A stretch of 64,000 nucleotides of DNA from Patescibacteria group bacterium. Its GTDB lineage: Bacteria > Patescibacteriota > Microgenomatia > Levybacterales > UBA12049. How positions within the stretch are numbered: the stretch's first letter is position 1; each line of letters opens with the position of its first letter. Of this stretch, positions 1 through 9,299 are shown piece after piece. The notes under the pieces are model-generated. The model made no database searches. It was not told the DNA's origin and was given only the letters and a program-made list of their open reading frames with translations. Both the position numbers and the translations under genes were made by a program. The stretch covers positions 649,226 through 713,225 of the forward strand of contig BPJB01000001.1 in NCBI GenBank assembly GCA_026004395.1. Reading direction: 5' to 3'.

Positions 1-113
1 GTAAAAAATATTTATGGATATTGAGCTTATCTGAGGGAATTGCAGTGAAAAGAGAAGGCAGAAAAGTTAATGGAATAGGATTATTTGAATTTATACGTCA
101 ACAAAGAAATTAA
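1..113 (+). CDS. Possible 3' end of a gene entering from the left edge
   Basis: Open frame from 3 to TAA at 111-113 (KKYLWILSLSEGIAVKREGRKVNGIGLFEFIRQQRN*); partial, family not recognised. Confidence 0.35.
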   Translation, partial: KKYLWILSLSEGIAVKREGRKVNGIGLFEFIRQQRN

Positions 114-261
114 GTTATCCATTTTTCATTCGTGTTCTTTTCCTTTCCCATTTCAAACTTTTTAACAATCCATAGATATCTAAAAAATCATTTTAATAAG
201 TAAGTTGCATAAAAATGTCTTCAAATTATTATTCTTTAAGATCAGTTTCGCTGAATAAGAC

Positions 262-290
262 TTGCGGAGAAATTAAAAATAAAGTACAAT
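262..290 (+). promoter_or_regulatory. Sigma70-type promoter for rpmF-nusB-rnc
   Basis: TTGCGG-17 nt-TACAAT upstream of rpmF. Confidence 0.5.
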
Positions 291-357
291 ATAATAGGAT
301 TTAGAACCAAATCAGAAGATACTGCAAAATTATTGTAATTATTTTTTTAAAAAGCAT

Positions 358-522
358 ATGCCACAAGAACCAAAGAAAAGACATTCTAGACAACGACAAG
401 GCAAAAGACGATCAAGTATAAAACTTAGTATTCCCAATACCGCACATCGTCTTGCTAAATTTTATAAGATGCTTGAGAAAGATAAGGCAGGATGGACAAA
501 AGGAAGTAATGAAAACGCCTAA
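358..522 (+). CDS. rpmF: 50S ribosomal protein L32 (cysteine-free variant); not in ORF track
   Basis: Manual translation MPQEPKKRHSRQRQGKRRSSIKLSIPNTAHRLAKFYKMLEKDKAGWTKGSNENA*; PKKRxSxxRxxKRR L32 N-terminal motif; position before nusB-rnc. Confidence 0.85.
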   Translation: MPQEPKKRHSRQRQGKRRSSIKLSIPNTAHRLAKFYKMLEKDKAGWTKGSNENA

Positions 523-880
523 TGATCCTCGCCACATCAGAAGACAAAAAATTGTACAGGAACTTTTTAAATATAATTTTTTTCCTCAACCAGTCAGTGA
601 TCGTGCTAATTTGATTCTAAAACATAAAGCATTTCTGGATGAAAAAATTCAAAAAGCTGCACCAGAATTTCCAATAGAAAAAATAAATAAAGTTGACCTT
701 GCGATACTTAGACAGGCTGTTTTTGAACTTTTGGTTGAGAAAAAAGAACCTCCCAATGTGATCATAGATGAAGCAATAGAATTGGGTAAAGAATTTGGAG
801 GAGAATCAAGCCCTGCATTTATTAATGGGGCTTTAGGAAATATTATTAGCCATGAAAAAATTGCCGCAAATAACAAATAA
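509..880 (+). CDS. nusB: Transcription antitermination factor NusB
   Basis: VDLAILR..FEL, PPNVIIDEAIELGKEFG, FINGALG motifs; likely start ATG 509 (MKTPNDPRH) rather than TTG 452. Confidence 0.93.
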   Translation: MKTPNDPRHIRRQKIVQELFKYNFFPQPVSDRANLILKHKAFLDEKIQKAAPEFPIEKINKVDLAILRQAVFELLVEKKEPPNVIIDEAIELGKEFGGESSPAFINGALGNIISHEKIAANNK

Positions 881-1517
881 AACTTTGCTGGAACAAGCTT
901 TTACACATCGGTCGTATCTGAATGAAGCGAAAGAACCTACTGAATCAAATGAACGTCTTGAATTTCTGGGAGATAGCATTATCTCATTTATCGTATCTGA
1001 ACATCTTTATAAAAATTACAAAGAGTTTGATGAAGGAGTACTCACAAATCTCAGATCACTTCTTGTAAATACTAAAAGCCTTGCACAGGCAGCGCGAGAA
1101 CTTAAATTTGGAGAAAAATTACGACTTTCAAAAGGTGAAGAGGAATCAAGAGGTCGTGAAAATGATACGCTTTTGGCAAATAGTTTTGAGGCTTTTATTG
1201 GAGCATTATATCTTGATCAAGGAATAGATGTTGTAAGAAAGTTTATTGCTGATATTCTTTTCTCCAAAATTGATGAATATGTACAAAGAAAAGCATTTAA
1301 AGATCCTAAAAGCTTACTGCAAGAATACGTTCAAGCAAGAAAACAGAGCTCGCCTATTTATAAGGTTTTACATGAAGAAGGTCCTCCTCATGCAAAAATA
1401 TTTACTGTTGGAGTTTTTGTAAATAATGAACTGCTTGGAGAAGGGGTGGGAAAATCTAAACAAGAAGCTGAGGAAAAAGCGGCACAAATTGCACTAAAAA
1501 AATTAGAAAATCAATAA
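852..1517 (+). CDS. rnc: Ribonuclease III
   Basis: NERLEFLGDS signature, FEAFIGALYLD, C-terminal dsRBD (DPKSLLQE, GPPHAKIF). Confidence 0.97.
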   Translation: MKKLPQITNKTLLEQAFTHRSYLNEAKEPTESNERLEFLGDSIISFIVSEHLYKNYKEFDEGVLTNLRSLLVNTKSLAQAARELKFGEKLRLSKGEEESRGRENDTLLANSFEAFIGALYLDQGIDVVRKFIADILFSKIDEYVQRKAFKDPKSLLQEYVQARKQSSPIYKVLHEEGPPHAKIFTVGVFVNNELLGEGVGKSKQEAEEKAAQIALKKLENQ

Positions 1518-1530
1518 TGCTCTTGCATAC

Positions 1531-1559
1531 TTGAGAAGAAATAATAATCATGGTACAAT
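1531..1559 (+). promoter_or_regulatory. Sigma70 promoter for rpsP-khpA-trmD
   Basis: TTGAGA-17 nt-TACAAT with extended TG. Confidence 0.55.
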
Positions 1560-1632
1560 ATGACAACGAAAGTATTGAAATTTCACTTAATAATTGAGAA
1601 ATTCTCTTTTAAGTGTCAACAATAAATATCTT

Positions 1633-1863
1633 ATGGCAGTAGTTATTCGATTAACCAGAACAGGAAAAAAAGGAGAAAGAAAGTTCCGTGTCGTTGTTAA
1701 AGAGAAAAGAAGCAGACGCGATGGCGATGCTATTGAAATTTTGGGGTGGTATGAAAAAGGTCCTCAACAAGGAAAAAAACATATTAATATGGAAAGATAC
1801 AAATATTGGATTTCTCAAGGAGCTATCCCTTCACCAACTGTTGCTAAACTAGTCGAAGCATGA
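1633..1863 (+). CDS. rpsP: 30S ribosomal protein S16
   Basis: MAVVIRLTRTGKK..FRVVV..RRDG..IEILGWY..W..QGA.PS.TV; start ATG 1633. Confidence 0.95.
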   Translation: MAVVIRLTRTGKKGERKFRVVVKEKRSRRDGDAIEILGWYEKGPQQGKKHINMERYKYWISQGAIPSPTVAKLVEA

Positions 1864-2102
1864 AAGATACACTCTCATTTATAGTAAAATCTATCGTTGA
1901 TCACCCTGATTCAGTTTCAGTAGAGGAAAGAGAAGAAAATGGAATAACTATCCTTACTGTCTCAGTTGCCAAAGATGATATGGGTAAAGTTATTGGAAAA
2001 GAGGGTAAAGTTATTCGCAGCATTCGCAATATTATGAAAGTTAAAGCAATGAAACACAATAAAAGAATTACAGTAACACTAGCTGAGAACGAAAAACCCT
2101 AG
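1860..2102 (+). CDS. khpA: KH-domain RNA-binding protein KhpA
   Basis: DMGKVIGKEGKVIRSIR KH motif; follows rpsP. Confidence 0.9.
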   Translation: MKDTLSFIVKSIVDHPDSVSVEEREENGITILTVSVAKDDMGKVIGKEGKVIRSIRNIMKVKAMKHNKRITVTLAENEKP

Positions 2103-2137
2103 TCCCCTCTATAACATTTGTTACAATAATAAAAAAT

Positions 2138-2854
2138 ATGAAAATTTCTATTCTCACACTCTTCCCAGAGATGTTTTCTGGTCCATTTGATGCATCCATA
2201 ATTAAAAAAGCCCGTGAACGAAATTTAGTAGATATACGCCTTATTAATATTCGAGATTTTGGTATTGGTAAGCATCATCTAGTAGACGATACACCCTATG
2301 GTGGAGGAGTAGGAATGGTAATGCGTGTAGATGTTCTTCATAAAGCAATACAGAAAGCTAAAGACCCCCAAATTCCTGAAGAAAAAGAAAAAGTTATTTT
2401 ATTAACACCAGATGGAACTCTTTACACGCAAAGGGTGGCTGAATCTTTTGCTCAATTTAAACATCTTATTCTTGTTTGCGGACATTATGAGGGAATAGAT
2501 GAACGAATAAAAGCCTTTGTTGATTACGAGATTTCCATAGGTGATTTTATTTTAACGGGAGGAGAGATACCTGCAATGGCAATAACTGATTCTGTTGTAA
2601 GACTTATTCCAGGAGTATTTAAGACTGGTGTAACAGAAAGCGAATCATTTTCTCTTCGAGGTGAAGGTGGTAAAATACTCCTTGAGTATCCACTGTATAC
2701 CAAACCTGCAGAGTATCTTGGTATGAAAGTACCTGATATTCTTTTGGGAGGAGACCATGCAAAAATAAAAGAGTGGAGATACGAACAAGCTCTTAAAAAA
2801 ACAAGACAAAAACGACCAGATCTTCTTCAGAAAGGAGTTAATTCAGCTGATTGA
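2138..2854 (+). CDS. trmD: tRNA (guanine37-N1)-methyltransferase TrmD
   Basis: VDDTPYGGGVGMVM, CGHYEGIDER, SIGDFILTGGE motifs. Confidence 0.97.
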   Translation: MKISILTLFPEMFSGPFDASIIKKARERNLVDIRLINIRDFGIGKHHLVDDTPYGGGVGMVMRVDVLHKAIQKAKDPQIPEEKEKVILLTPDGTLYTQRVAESFAQFKHLILVCGHYEGIDERIKAFVDYEISIGDFILTGGEIPAMAITDSVVRLIPGVFKTGVTESESFSLRGEGGKILLEYPLYTKPAEYLGMKVPDILLGGDHAKIKEWRYEQALKKTRQKRPDLLQKGVNSAD

Positions 2855-3537
2855 GAACTTGCAGGTCTTATAGCTTGTCTCGATGCTCTCCATTCTTCAA
2901 GCGTCTTAAGAAGTAGGAGATGATTTCCGCTTATACTCTTTATTGGCTGGACATATGATAACTGAATCTGCTCTGGTGCAATTTTATAAAAATAAATAAG
3001 ACTTACAGAACTTCCTCCTTTGGTATAGCTCGCTTTGATTACTTCTGCCAACGGAACTTTCTCATAAATTTCCTTTAAAAACTCCTCAATTCTTGCCAAT
3101 TCACCAATAAGTGAAAGTTGTATAGAGATTGCCGTCTGAGGTGATAGCTGGGCTGATTTGGTAGAAAGATCTCCAACTTGAAAAGAGAAATCATTTAAAA
3201 CCACTCCTGATTTAAGAGTTGCCGTATTGATAGCCTCAAGAATTCCAACAAAATCTTTTTCATACGGTAGTGCTGACTTGACAATATCAAATTGTTTGGA
3301 AAGAACATTATCTGAAGTAGAAGTCAACAAGCTTTGATTAGACTTCAAAATTGCTATTCTTGATCTTGTAGCATTAACTTCAGATTGAAGAGAGAACCAA
3401 CTTTGAATTTGTGGAAATACAATGAAAATAATAAGCCCAGCACTTACTAAAAAAATTACACCAATCACTCCAAGAGAAAACCAAAGCGAATCTTTATATC
3501 GGTAATAATACATCAAAAGTTGAGCTGAATTTTTCAT
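2827..3537 (-). CDS. PilO-like type IV pilus alignment protein
   Basis: N-terminal TM plus coiled coil and ALP motif; third gene after pilM and pilN-like. Confidence 0.65.
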   Translation of the reverse strand: MKNSAQLLMYYYRYKDSLWFSLGVIGVIFLVSAGLIIFIVFPQIQSWFSLQSEVNATRSRIAILKSNQSLLTSTSDNVLSKQFDIVKSALPYEKDFVGILEAINTATLKSGVVLNDFSFQVGDLSTKSAQLSPQTAISIQLSLIGELARIEEFLKEIYEKVPLAEVIKASYTKGGSSVSLIYFYKIAPEQIQLSYVQPIKSISGNHLLLLKTLEEWRASRQAIRPASSQSAELTPF

Positions 3538-3549
3538 AACTGCTATCCT

Positions 3550-4083
3550 TCAGAGAAATTCAACTATAAATTCTGCTTGATAAAAATTTTTGCTAGTACC
3601 AAATGAATTCATAAATATACGTGCAACTCTTTTGTCTTCTTTTCCTATTCTGTTTAAGCTTTCAATATAAGCGCCTATGCTTGCTAAGTCTTTTGTTTCT
3701 ATAGTTATCTTCAGTGTTTTTTGTTCAACCTCCAGCAATGTAATTTCTAAATCTTGGGGTATATCTTTAGTGAAGGTAATTATAAAATCTCTAAATTTTG
3801 GCCTTTTGGTTACAATCTGAGATATATCATCAAGTCTATTTACAATAAGAGTTTGTTTGGTAATTTTTTCATGTTGTCGGGAAAGTGAATCCAAAAGTGC
3901 ATTTTCTTCATTTTTAAGACGAGGAAGAGGAGAGGCTAGGATTAACAAAAACACAGAAACTGACAAAACTCCAGCAAATAACAATAAAGCTATCGCAATG
4001 AACCTTAGAAGTTTTATTTTGCGAGTGAGTGCTCCAAGTGTACCTCTCCGTTTGCTATAAAGAAAATTGATATCGTTAGTCAT
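3550..4083 (-). CDS. PilN-like type IV pilus alignment protein
   Basis: N-terminal DINFL (PilM-binding INLL-like motif), single TM, coiled coil; directly after pilM. Confidence 0.7.
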   Translation of the reverse strand: MTNDINFLYSKRRGTLGALTRKIKLLRFIAIALLLFAGVLSVSVFLLILASPLPRLKNEENALLDSLSRQHEKITKQTLIVNRLDDISQIVTKRPKFRDFIITFTKDIPQDLEITLLEVEQKTLKITIETKDLASIGAYIESLNRIGKEDKRVARIFMNSFGTSKNFYQAEFIVEFL

Positions 4084-5104
4084 TTTCTCTTAAAGCAAGA
4101 CCGACTGCGACTGTAAATCGCGGCCCTTGTTCCATCAAAATATCAGGAACTCCACTTATCGAACGTACCTTGAAGGGATTACCAATAACAGTCTCTATAC
4201 CACAATTTTTGGCAAAATACAGAGCAAGTCCAGGAAGAAGAGATGAACCACCGCTAATAATAATTTGAGATATTGGACTATCATTTTTGTATTTCTCCGT
4301 ATAATATGCAAGAGCTTTTTTAACTTCTGTAAGCATTGCCTCCAGAATAGGGGAGAGAGCAAGGCTGATTTTTCCTCCCAAGTTTTGATCATTCAGACCA
4401 TATGTTTTTTTATATTCTTCTGCTTGAGTAAGAGCAAATCCAAAATTAGAAGCAATTGCACGATCCATAGCAAGACCACCAAGCGGAATAGTATAGGTAA
4501 AAACAAGAGTATTATTCTGGATGATAGCCAAAGATGTACTCAGTGCTCCAATATTTACAATAAGTAATGCCTTATCTGATTCCTCAGGAACTAAGGAACG
4601 TATAACAGAAATAATTTCTGTTTCGATAGCATTTATTGAAAGTCCTGTCATCTCAATAATTGTTTGATAACGCCTAACAAGATTTGTAGGAGCCCCTACC
4701 AGAAGCACTTGCATTTTAGGACTTATCTCTGACATGGATCCACGCCTTAATACCTTATAGTCAAGTGTCAATGTTGATAACTGTGCTGGAATATGTTGTT
4801 CTGCCTCCCAATATATTGCTGATGATAGCTCTTTATCTGAAAGAACAGGCATATCAATTACTTTGGTAAAGACTTGATTCTCAGGTAAAGCAAGATTGAC
4901 ATTGCGTACAGTGATCTTAGAATCAACAACCAGCTGCTGTATTGCCTGCGCCATTGCCTCCTGATCAATTGCGGACTCTGAAAGCATACCTTTTGCAGGA
5001 GTAACAGTTGTCAGACATGCCTTTAGAGATGTCACTCCCTTATTCTTATCCAACCACACAATTTTCATTGATGTTGCTCCGATATCAAGTCCAAAAGTTT
5101 TCAT
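4076..5104 (-). CDS. pilM: Type IV pilus assembly protein PilM
   Basis: FGLDIG..SMK actin-like motif, WEAEQHIP, IIISGGSSLLPGL, VAVGLALR. Confidence 0.93.
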   Translation of the reverse strand: MKTFGLDIGATSMKIVWLDKNKGVTSLKACLTTVTPAKGMLSESAIDQEAMAQAIQQLVVDSKITVRNVNLALPENQVFTKVIDMPVLSDKELSSAIYWEAEQHIPAQLSTLTLDYKVLRRGSMSEISPKMQVLLVGAPTNLVRRYQTIIEMTGLSINAIETEIISVIRSLVPEESDKALLIVNIGALSTSLAIIQNNTLVFTYTIPLGGLAMDRAIASNFGFALTQAEEYKKTYGLNDQNLGGKISLALSPILEAMLTEVKKALAYYTEKYKNDSPISQIIISGGSSLLPGLALYFAKNCGIETVIGNPFKVRSISGVPDILMEQGPRFTVAVGLALREND

Positions 5105-5107
5105 AAA

Positions 5108-5929
5108 TTAGGGTGAAAAAATACCATGTGGGAAAATCTCAACAGGAAGCGTAGGATACCCTTTATAGACTGTCAGCTTCCTTTCTGTATTAGACGCAAC
5201 CCCAGTTGACTCAATAATCTGTCCTTGAGCTGGAAGAGGTTGAGTGCTGCTTATCCCAAGCCGTGTGGGAGCATAAAGAGGAACTATTCTCATAAGCAAA
5301 CCATTAGTGACCGAAATAGTGTATGAATGAGTAAACTGTTTACCACCAATTATTCCTCCTGATTGAATATTCTGAGAAAAATTATTAACTGACGCTCGTG
5401 CTGAACACGGCTCAAGCATATAGTGTGTCATGGTCAAATTTTGAGGGGAGTTAATATTCCCTGAAATAACAACTATTTGTAGTGCAGACTCTGTATTGGT
5501 AGATTCATTATTTGTACATGTATCAGAAGGTGATCCCCAATAAACAGTAACTTGTGCATTCAACGGAGAAGTGTATGTGGGATAATTAGCTAGCCAAACA
5601 TCAGCACCATCGTCTTTGGGAATAAGATTATAATTATAAACAAGAAATGAACTGCTATTTTTTGCATAGGATGTTATCTTGGCATTAAAAGAAGCATTCG
5701 TTCCCACTTCATCGCTTAATGTTAAAGATTCAGCGCTTGAGTTAATTAGCCTCTCAATACCAGCCTCAGCTGCTGAAAAGGCTTTCTGTGAATTTTCCTC
5801 CTCTTCTGTTGTTCGAAGATTTACAATACTGCGGCTGACAACTGAAAGACCGATAGTTAAGGAAACTACCATTACTAAGATAATGATAAGTAGGATCTGT
5901 CCCTTCTGATAGGATGGTGAAAAATTCAT
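5108..5929 (-). CDS. PilX-like minor pilin
   Basis: KG|QILLIIILVM type III signal lacking E5; AFSAAEAGIE PilX motif. Confidence 0.8.
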   Translation of the reverse strand: MNFSPSYQKGQILLIIILVMVVSLTIGLSVVSRSIVNLRTTEEEENSQKAFSAAEAGIERLINSSAESLTLSDEVGTNASFNAKITSYAKNSSSFLVYNYNLIPKDDGADVWLANYPTYTSPLNAQVTVYWGSPSDTCTNNESTNTESALQIVVISGNINSPQNLTMTHYMLEPCSARASVNNFSQNIQSGGIIGGKQFTHSYTISVTNGLLMRIVPLYAPTRLGISSTQPLPAQGQIIESTGVASNTERKLTVYKGYPTLPVEIFPHGIFSP

Positions 5930-5940
5930 ACTCTCAACTT

Positions 5941-5969
5941 ATCGTAACAAGCACATTTGCTTGTGTCAA
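5941..5969 (-). promoter_or_regulatory. Internal sigma70 promoter for pilX-like-pilMNO
   Basis: Minus strand TTGACA-17 nt-TACGAT, 11 nt before ATG 5929; spacer holds inverted repeat ACAAGCA-4-TGCTTGT. Confidence 0.55.
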
Positions 5970-5978
5970 CTGAAAAGA

Positions 5979-6614
5979 CTATTCTTTCAGGTTACGCATG
6001 ATTACTGTGGACTGGAAAGAAGAAGGTGTTGTCGCATCTACAACACCGCTACTATACTTTTTACTCAAGGTAAAAGAGATTGTAATTGTTGGAAAATTGT
6101 AAAGTGAATTTTGGGTACACGTAAAAGAACATGCTGTTACTACGACAGAAGAAGTATCAACAAGAGAAGCACTATTAGAGGAAATCGTACCATTGGGAAG
6201 ACTGTTACAAGAGAATGTAGTTCGTCCAGCGTCAGGATTCTCTATTATAATTGATGATGTTGTTGCTATATATCCAGTCTCGTTAAAACAAGGAGATGGA
6301 TACTCTAAAGAACGGGCATTACGTATCATTTTTGTTATTTGCGAAAGAGCATAGTTGCCATTTTGCTGGAGGATTGTGACATTTGTACTTTTATTTGAAC
6401 CGCGCAAAGATGCCAACAACACTCCAAAAACAATTCCGCTAACTGATGCTATAACAACAATTACAGCAAGAAGTTCAACAAGAGTAAAGCCTAAATTTTG
6501 CCAACGAAAAATTTTTAGTATCCAATCTTTTATAGTCAATTTCCACTGAAAATCCACTATCTTTACTTTTGAAATTTGAGATTTAAATTTTATACTTGGT
6601 AAATTTTTAATCAT
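5979..6614 (-). CDS. PilW-like minor pilin
   Basis: G|FTLVELLAVIVVI prepilin motif after an unusually long leader. Confidence 0.8.
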   Translation of the reverse strand: MIKNLPSIKFKSQISKVKIVDFQWKLTIKDWILKIFRWQNLGFTLVELLAVIVVIASVSGIVFGVLLASLRGSNKSTNVTILQQNGNYALSQITKMIRNARSLEYPSPCFNETGYIATTSSIIIENPDAGRTTFSCNSLPNGTISSNSASLVDTSSVVVTACSFTCTQNSLYNFPTITISFTLSKKYSSGVVDATTPSSFQSTVIMRNLKE

Positions 6615-7117
6615 GGTGATTTTTTGGTTGAGTAACTAGACAAGCATGTTTCAACAGTCGTTTTATGACAATAGAGATTATTCACATTTGTACAGGTATT
6701 ATCTCGCCAAGAAACAGTTACAGAAACCTTTGATTGTGTAAGAGTGGGATCATTAGTTGCTTCCTCACAAGAAGATGCATTATGTTGAAGCGTTACTTCA
6801 CGGATGTACCTGTTAGCTACGTTTAATCCACATTCAATACCTTTTGGTCCACAACTTCCTGAATCTGTTGAAAGAGAAGTACACGTATCAGCAAAACAAT
6901 ATGTGGTATTAGGTAAAGAAAAAAATGTACTATATTTATTTTCTTTCATAGTTCGAATGCTCTCTAAAGCATCCTGTGCGTATTGTGTTGCTTGCTGTTG
7001 AGAAGTACTATGAGTGGTATTTTTAAGTGCGGTAATCACTGCTAGTGTAATTGCTGAAAGAACAGCTATGCCTATTGCCAATGCAACTAAAACTTCAATT
7101 ATTGTTTCTCCCTTCAT
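6611..7117 (-). CDS. PilV-like minor pilin
   Basis: KG|ETIIEVLVALAI, ATQYAQDALESIR, VTVSW motifs. Confidence 0.8.
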   Translation of the reverse strand: MKGETIIEVLVALAIGIAVLSAITLAVITALKNTTHSTSQQQATQYAQDALESIRTMKENKYSTFFSLPNTTYCFADTCTSLSTDSGSCGPKGIECGLNVANRYIREVTLQHNASSCEEATNDPTLTQSKVSVTVSWRDNTCTNVNNLYCHKTTVETCLSSYSTKKSP

Positions 7118-7119
7118 AA

Positions 7120-7698
7120 TTATTCAAGACTTATTGCTCCTTGTTGAGTAACAGTTACTCTTAGAGTATTACCATATCCAGTTATACCTATACTCCCAGC
7201 ACCATCTACTCCTCCAGATAAAACTTTAAAAATATATTGTGTTGATGTCGTAGTAGCTGAATCAAATGCTACGTTAGCAGGAAGTGTTTTTGTTGACAAC
7301 TTAGATGTAAGATTACCACAACGAACGTACAACTCATAAGTATTCTGAGTATTACATAGGGAGCCTGTCAATCCACAAATTCTTACCTCGTAGCCATCAA
7401 GGGTATTAGAGTTACATGCTGCAATAGATGGTTTGAGTTGCGATTGTGTACGCGACTTAGCATCCTGTAATAGAGAGATCACATCAAATGCCGCACTTTT
7501 TACAGTCTGAATTTTATTGTAAGAAACAAAAGCTGCCAAGGAAACTGTTGAGATGATGGCAATTATTACAAATACAACTAGCAACTCAAGAAGAGTAAAT
7601 CCATTTCTATTGTCAATATCGACAATTCTATAAATAAAATCAAATCGTTTCTTAATATTTTTTAATAAACTTTTATCAGTGGACAAATTTTTCTTCAT
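7120..7698 (-). CDS. FimT/FimU (GspH)-like minor pilin
   Basis: NG|FTLLELLVVFVII; LQDAKSR helix; C-terminal VTVTQQGAI. Confidence 0.8.
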   Translation of the reverse strand: MKKNLSTDKSLLKNIKKRFDFIYRIVDIDNRNGFTLLELLVVFVIIAIISTVSLAAFVSYNKIQTVKSAAFDVISLLQDAKSRTQSQLKPSIAACNSNTLDGYEVRICGLTGSLCNTQNTYELYVRCGNLTSKLSTKTLPANVAFDSATTTSTQYIFKVLSGGVDGAGSIGITGYGNTLRVTVTQQGAISLE

Positions 7699-8225
7699 GG
7701 ATTATTGAGGACATAGTATTTTCCTGATATACATGATCCACTGGCTGCAGGACTTGGAGGTGTAGTAGTAGCATTTACATCATTATCATTTGCATTCTCA
7801 AGACATGCAGCAAGAGTATACGTTGAGCCATCGGAACTACTGTAATAATAGTAGTTGCCGCCATTATACGATCCAGAACCAGATCCCAATGGATCACATG
7901 GTACTTTACTCATATAAGTAACTCCATTATAAGAAAAACTCTCTGATGTAGGACATGCAGTAAGGTTTATCCTATAGGTATCCTGTCTGATAGGATAGCG
8001 ACCATTATCTGTATGAAAAAGTTGAACAGTGGCTTGCAATTGTCTAAGATCGGCTTTGCGTTGCGCATCTCGAGCTCGTTGTCTCACTCCTACAAAATTG
8101 GTCATCAAAAAAGTAGTCAGCACTCCAATTATTGCGATAACAATCAAAAGTTCGATAAGAGTAAATCCTCTTTTGCTTTTGAAGATGTAACTGATAGTTT
8201 TTATCTCTGAAAATATTTTTTTCAT
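7695..8225 (-). CDS. GspG-like type IV pilin
   Basis: RG|FTLIELLIVIAIIG, ARDAQRKADL, GRYP, VPCDP, YTLAACLEN. Confidence 0.88.
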   Translation of the reverse strand: MKKIFSEIKTISYIFKSKRGFTLIELLIVIAIIGVLTTFLMTNFVGVRQRARDAQRKADLRQLQATVQLFHTDNGRYPIRQDTYRINLTACPTSESFSYNGVTYMSKVPCDPLGSGSGSYNGGNYYYYSSSDGSTYTLAACLENANDNDVNATTTPPSPAASGSCISGKYYVLNNP

Positions 8226-8758
8226 GGACTATAATCTGAGCTTGTTACACCATAATTACAGATAATATTCGGATCATTATTAACACTACAGGCAGTAGAT
8301 GGAATACCAAAACGTGCTGTCATATTAAGACACGGATTGCCTTGATTACACGCATCGGGATCTTTTCCCCCTCTCTCAAGACTAGCATAGAGAGCGTATG
8401 TCTGTCTATCTGGAGTTGAGTAATATACGTATCTTCTCTCACCTGTAGGATCAGCAGGAAGAATATTCATATAGGGCTGCCATGAAGATCCCCATTCTAT
8501 CGTGTTACCACCAATACGTATTTTTCTATCTGGTGATGACTCAGGATAACTGCCATAATCATGATAATAAGCTTCAAGGCTACGTTGAATTTGTGCAAGA
8601 TCTGATTTACGTCGCGCGTCATTCGCCTTAAGATATTGATTTCTAGGATCGGTAAGTGCAATTACCCCTGCGGCAAGAATACCAAAAATTGCTGCAACCA
8701 AAATAAGTTCTATAAGGGTAAATCCTTTCTTTTGTGATAAGAAAAATGAAGTAGTCAT
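8222..8758 (-). CDS. GspG-like type IV pilin
   Basis: KG|FTLIELILVAAIFG, ANDARRKSDL, YYHDYGSYP; likely ATG start 8758 (ORF track starts at TTG 8782). Confidence 0.88.
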   Translation of the reverse strand: MTTSFFLSQKKGFTLIELILVAAIFGILAAGVIALTDPRNQYLKANDARRKSDLAQIQRSLEAYYHDYGSYPESSPDRKIRIGGNTIEWGSSWQPYMNILPADPTGERRYVYYSTPDRQTYALYASLERGGKDPDACNQGNPCLNMTARFGIPSTACSVNNDPNIICNYGVTSSDYSP

Positions 8759-8797
8759 CTTTTTATAGCTTATAACTTTCAAAAAAAAATTTCAAAA

Positions 8798-9295
8798 CTA
8801 CTTTGAACCATCAGAAAGCCTTATAGTTGAAAGATAAGAACAATCAATATTTCCTAAAGCAATACATGCCCACTGATTAGTAAAATCTAAAGGTTTACAG
8901 GATGGAAGAGTATTCAAAATACACGCTGATGCTGGCTGAGCTTTTGATAGTTTTGTAAACAAGATGCTCCATTGAGGACAGGATCCGTTTGTCTGGTATA
9001 TAAAACATTCTGTGGGATCAGAAGTACATGCAGAGCTCTGAGGCACTTTTATCATGTAAGTTGTTACTCCCTTTTTCCATTCAGATCCGAATGGTATAGT
9101 AGTAGGATAACAATTATTATCATTGTAATAAGTATCTAGTGCTGCTTTTATTTGCTGAAGACTATTTTTTTCTTCTTCATCACCAACCTTTGCCAAGTTT
9201 TTATATGGATTTAAAATAACAAATGTTAAAAGCAGCATGCTGCTTAAAATTACTATTGATACCAAAAGTTCAATAAGTGTCAAACCCTTCATCAT
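8798..9295 (-). CDS. Cysteine-rich GspG-like pilin
   Basis: KG|LTLIELLVSI, YYNDNNCYP; real start MMKG at 9295 (ORF-track extension overlaps the next gene). Confidence 0.8.
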   Translation of the reverse strand: MMKGLTLIELLVSIVILSSMLLLTFVILNPYKNLAKVGDEEEKNSLQQIKAALDTYYNDNNCYPTTIPFGSEWKKGVTTYMIKVPQSSACTSDPTECFIYQTNGSCPQWSILFTKLSKAQPASACILNTLPSCKPLDFTNQWACIALGNIDCSYLSTIRLSDGSK

Positions 9296-9299
9296 ATTT

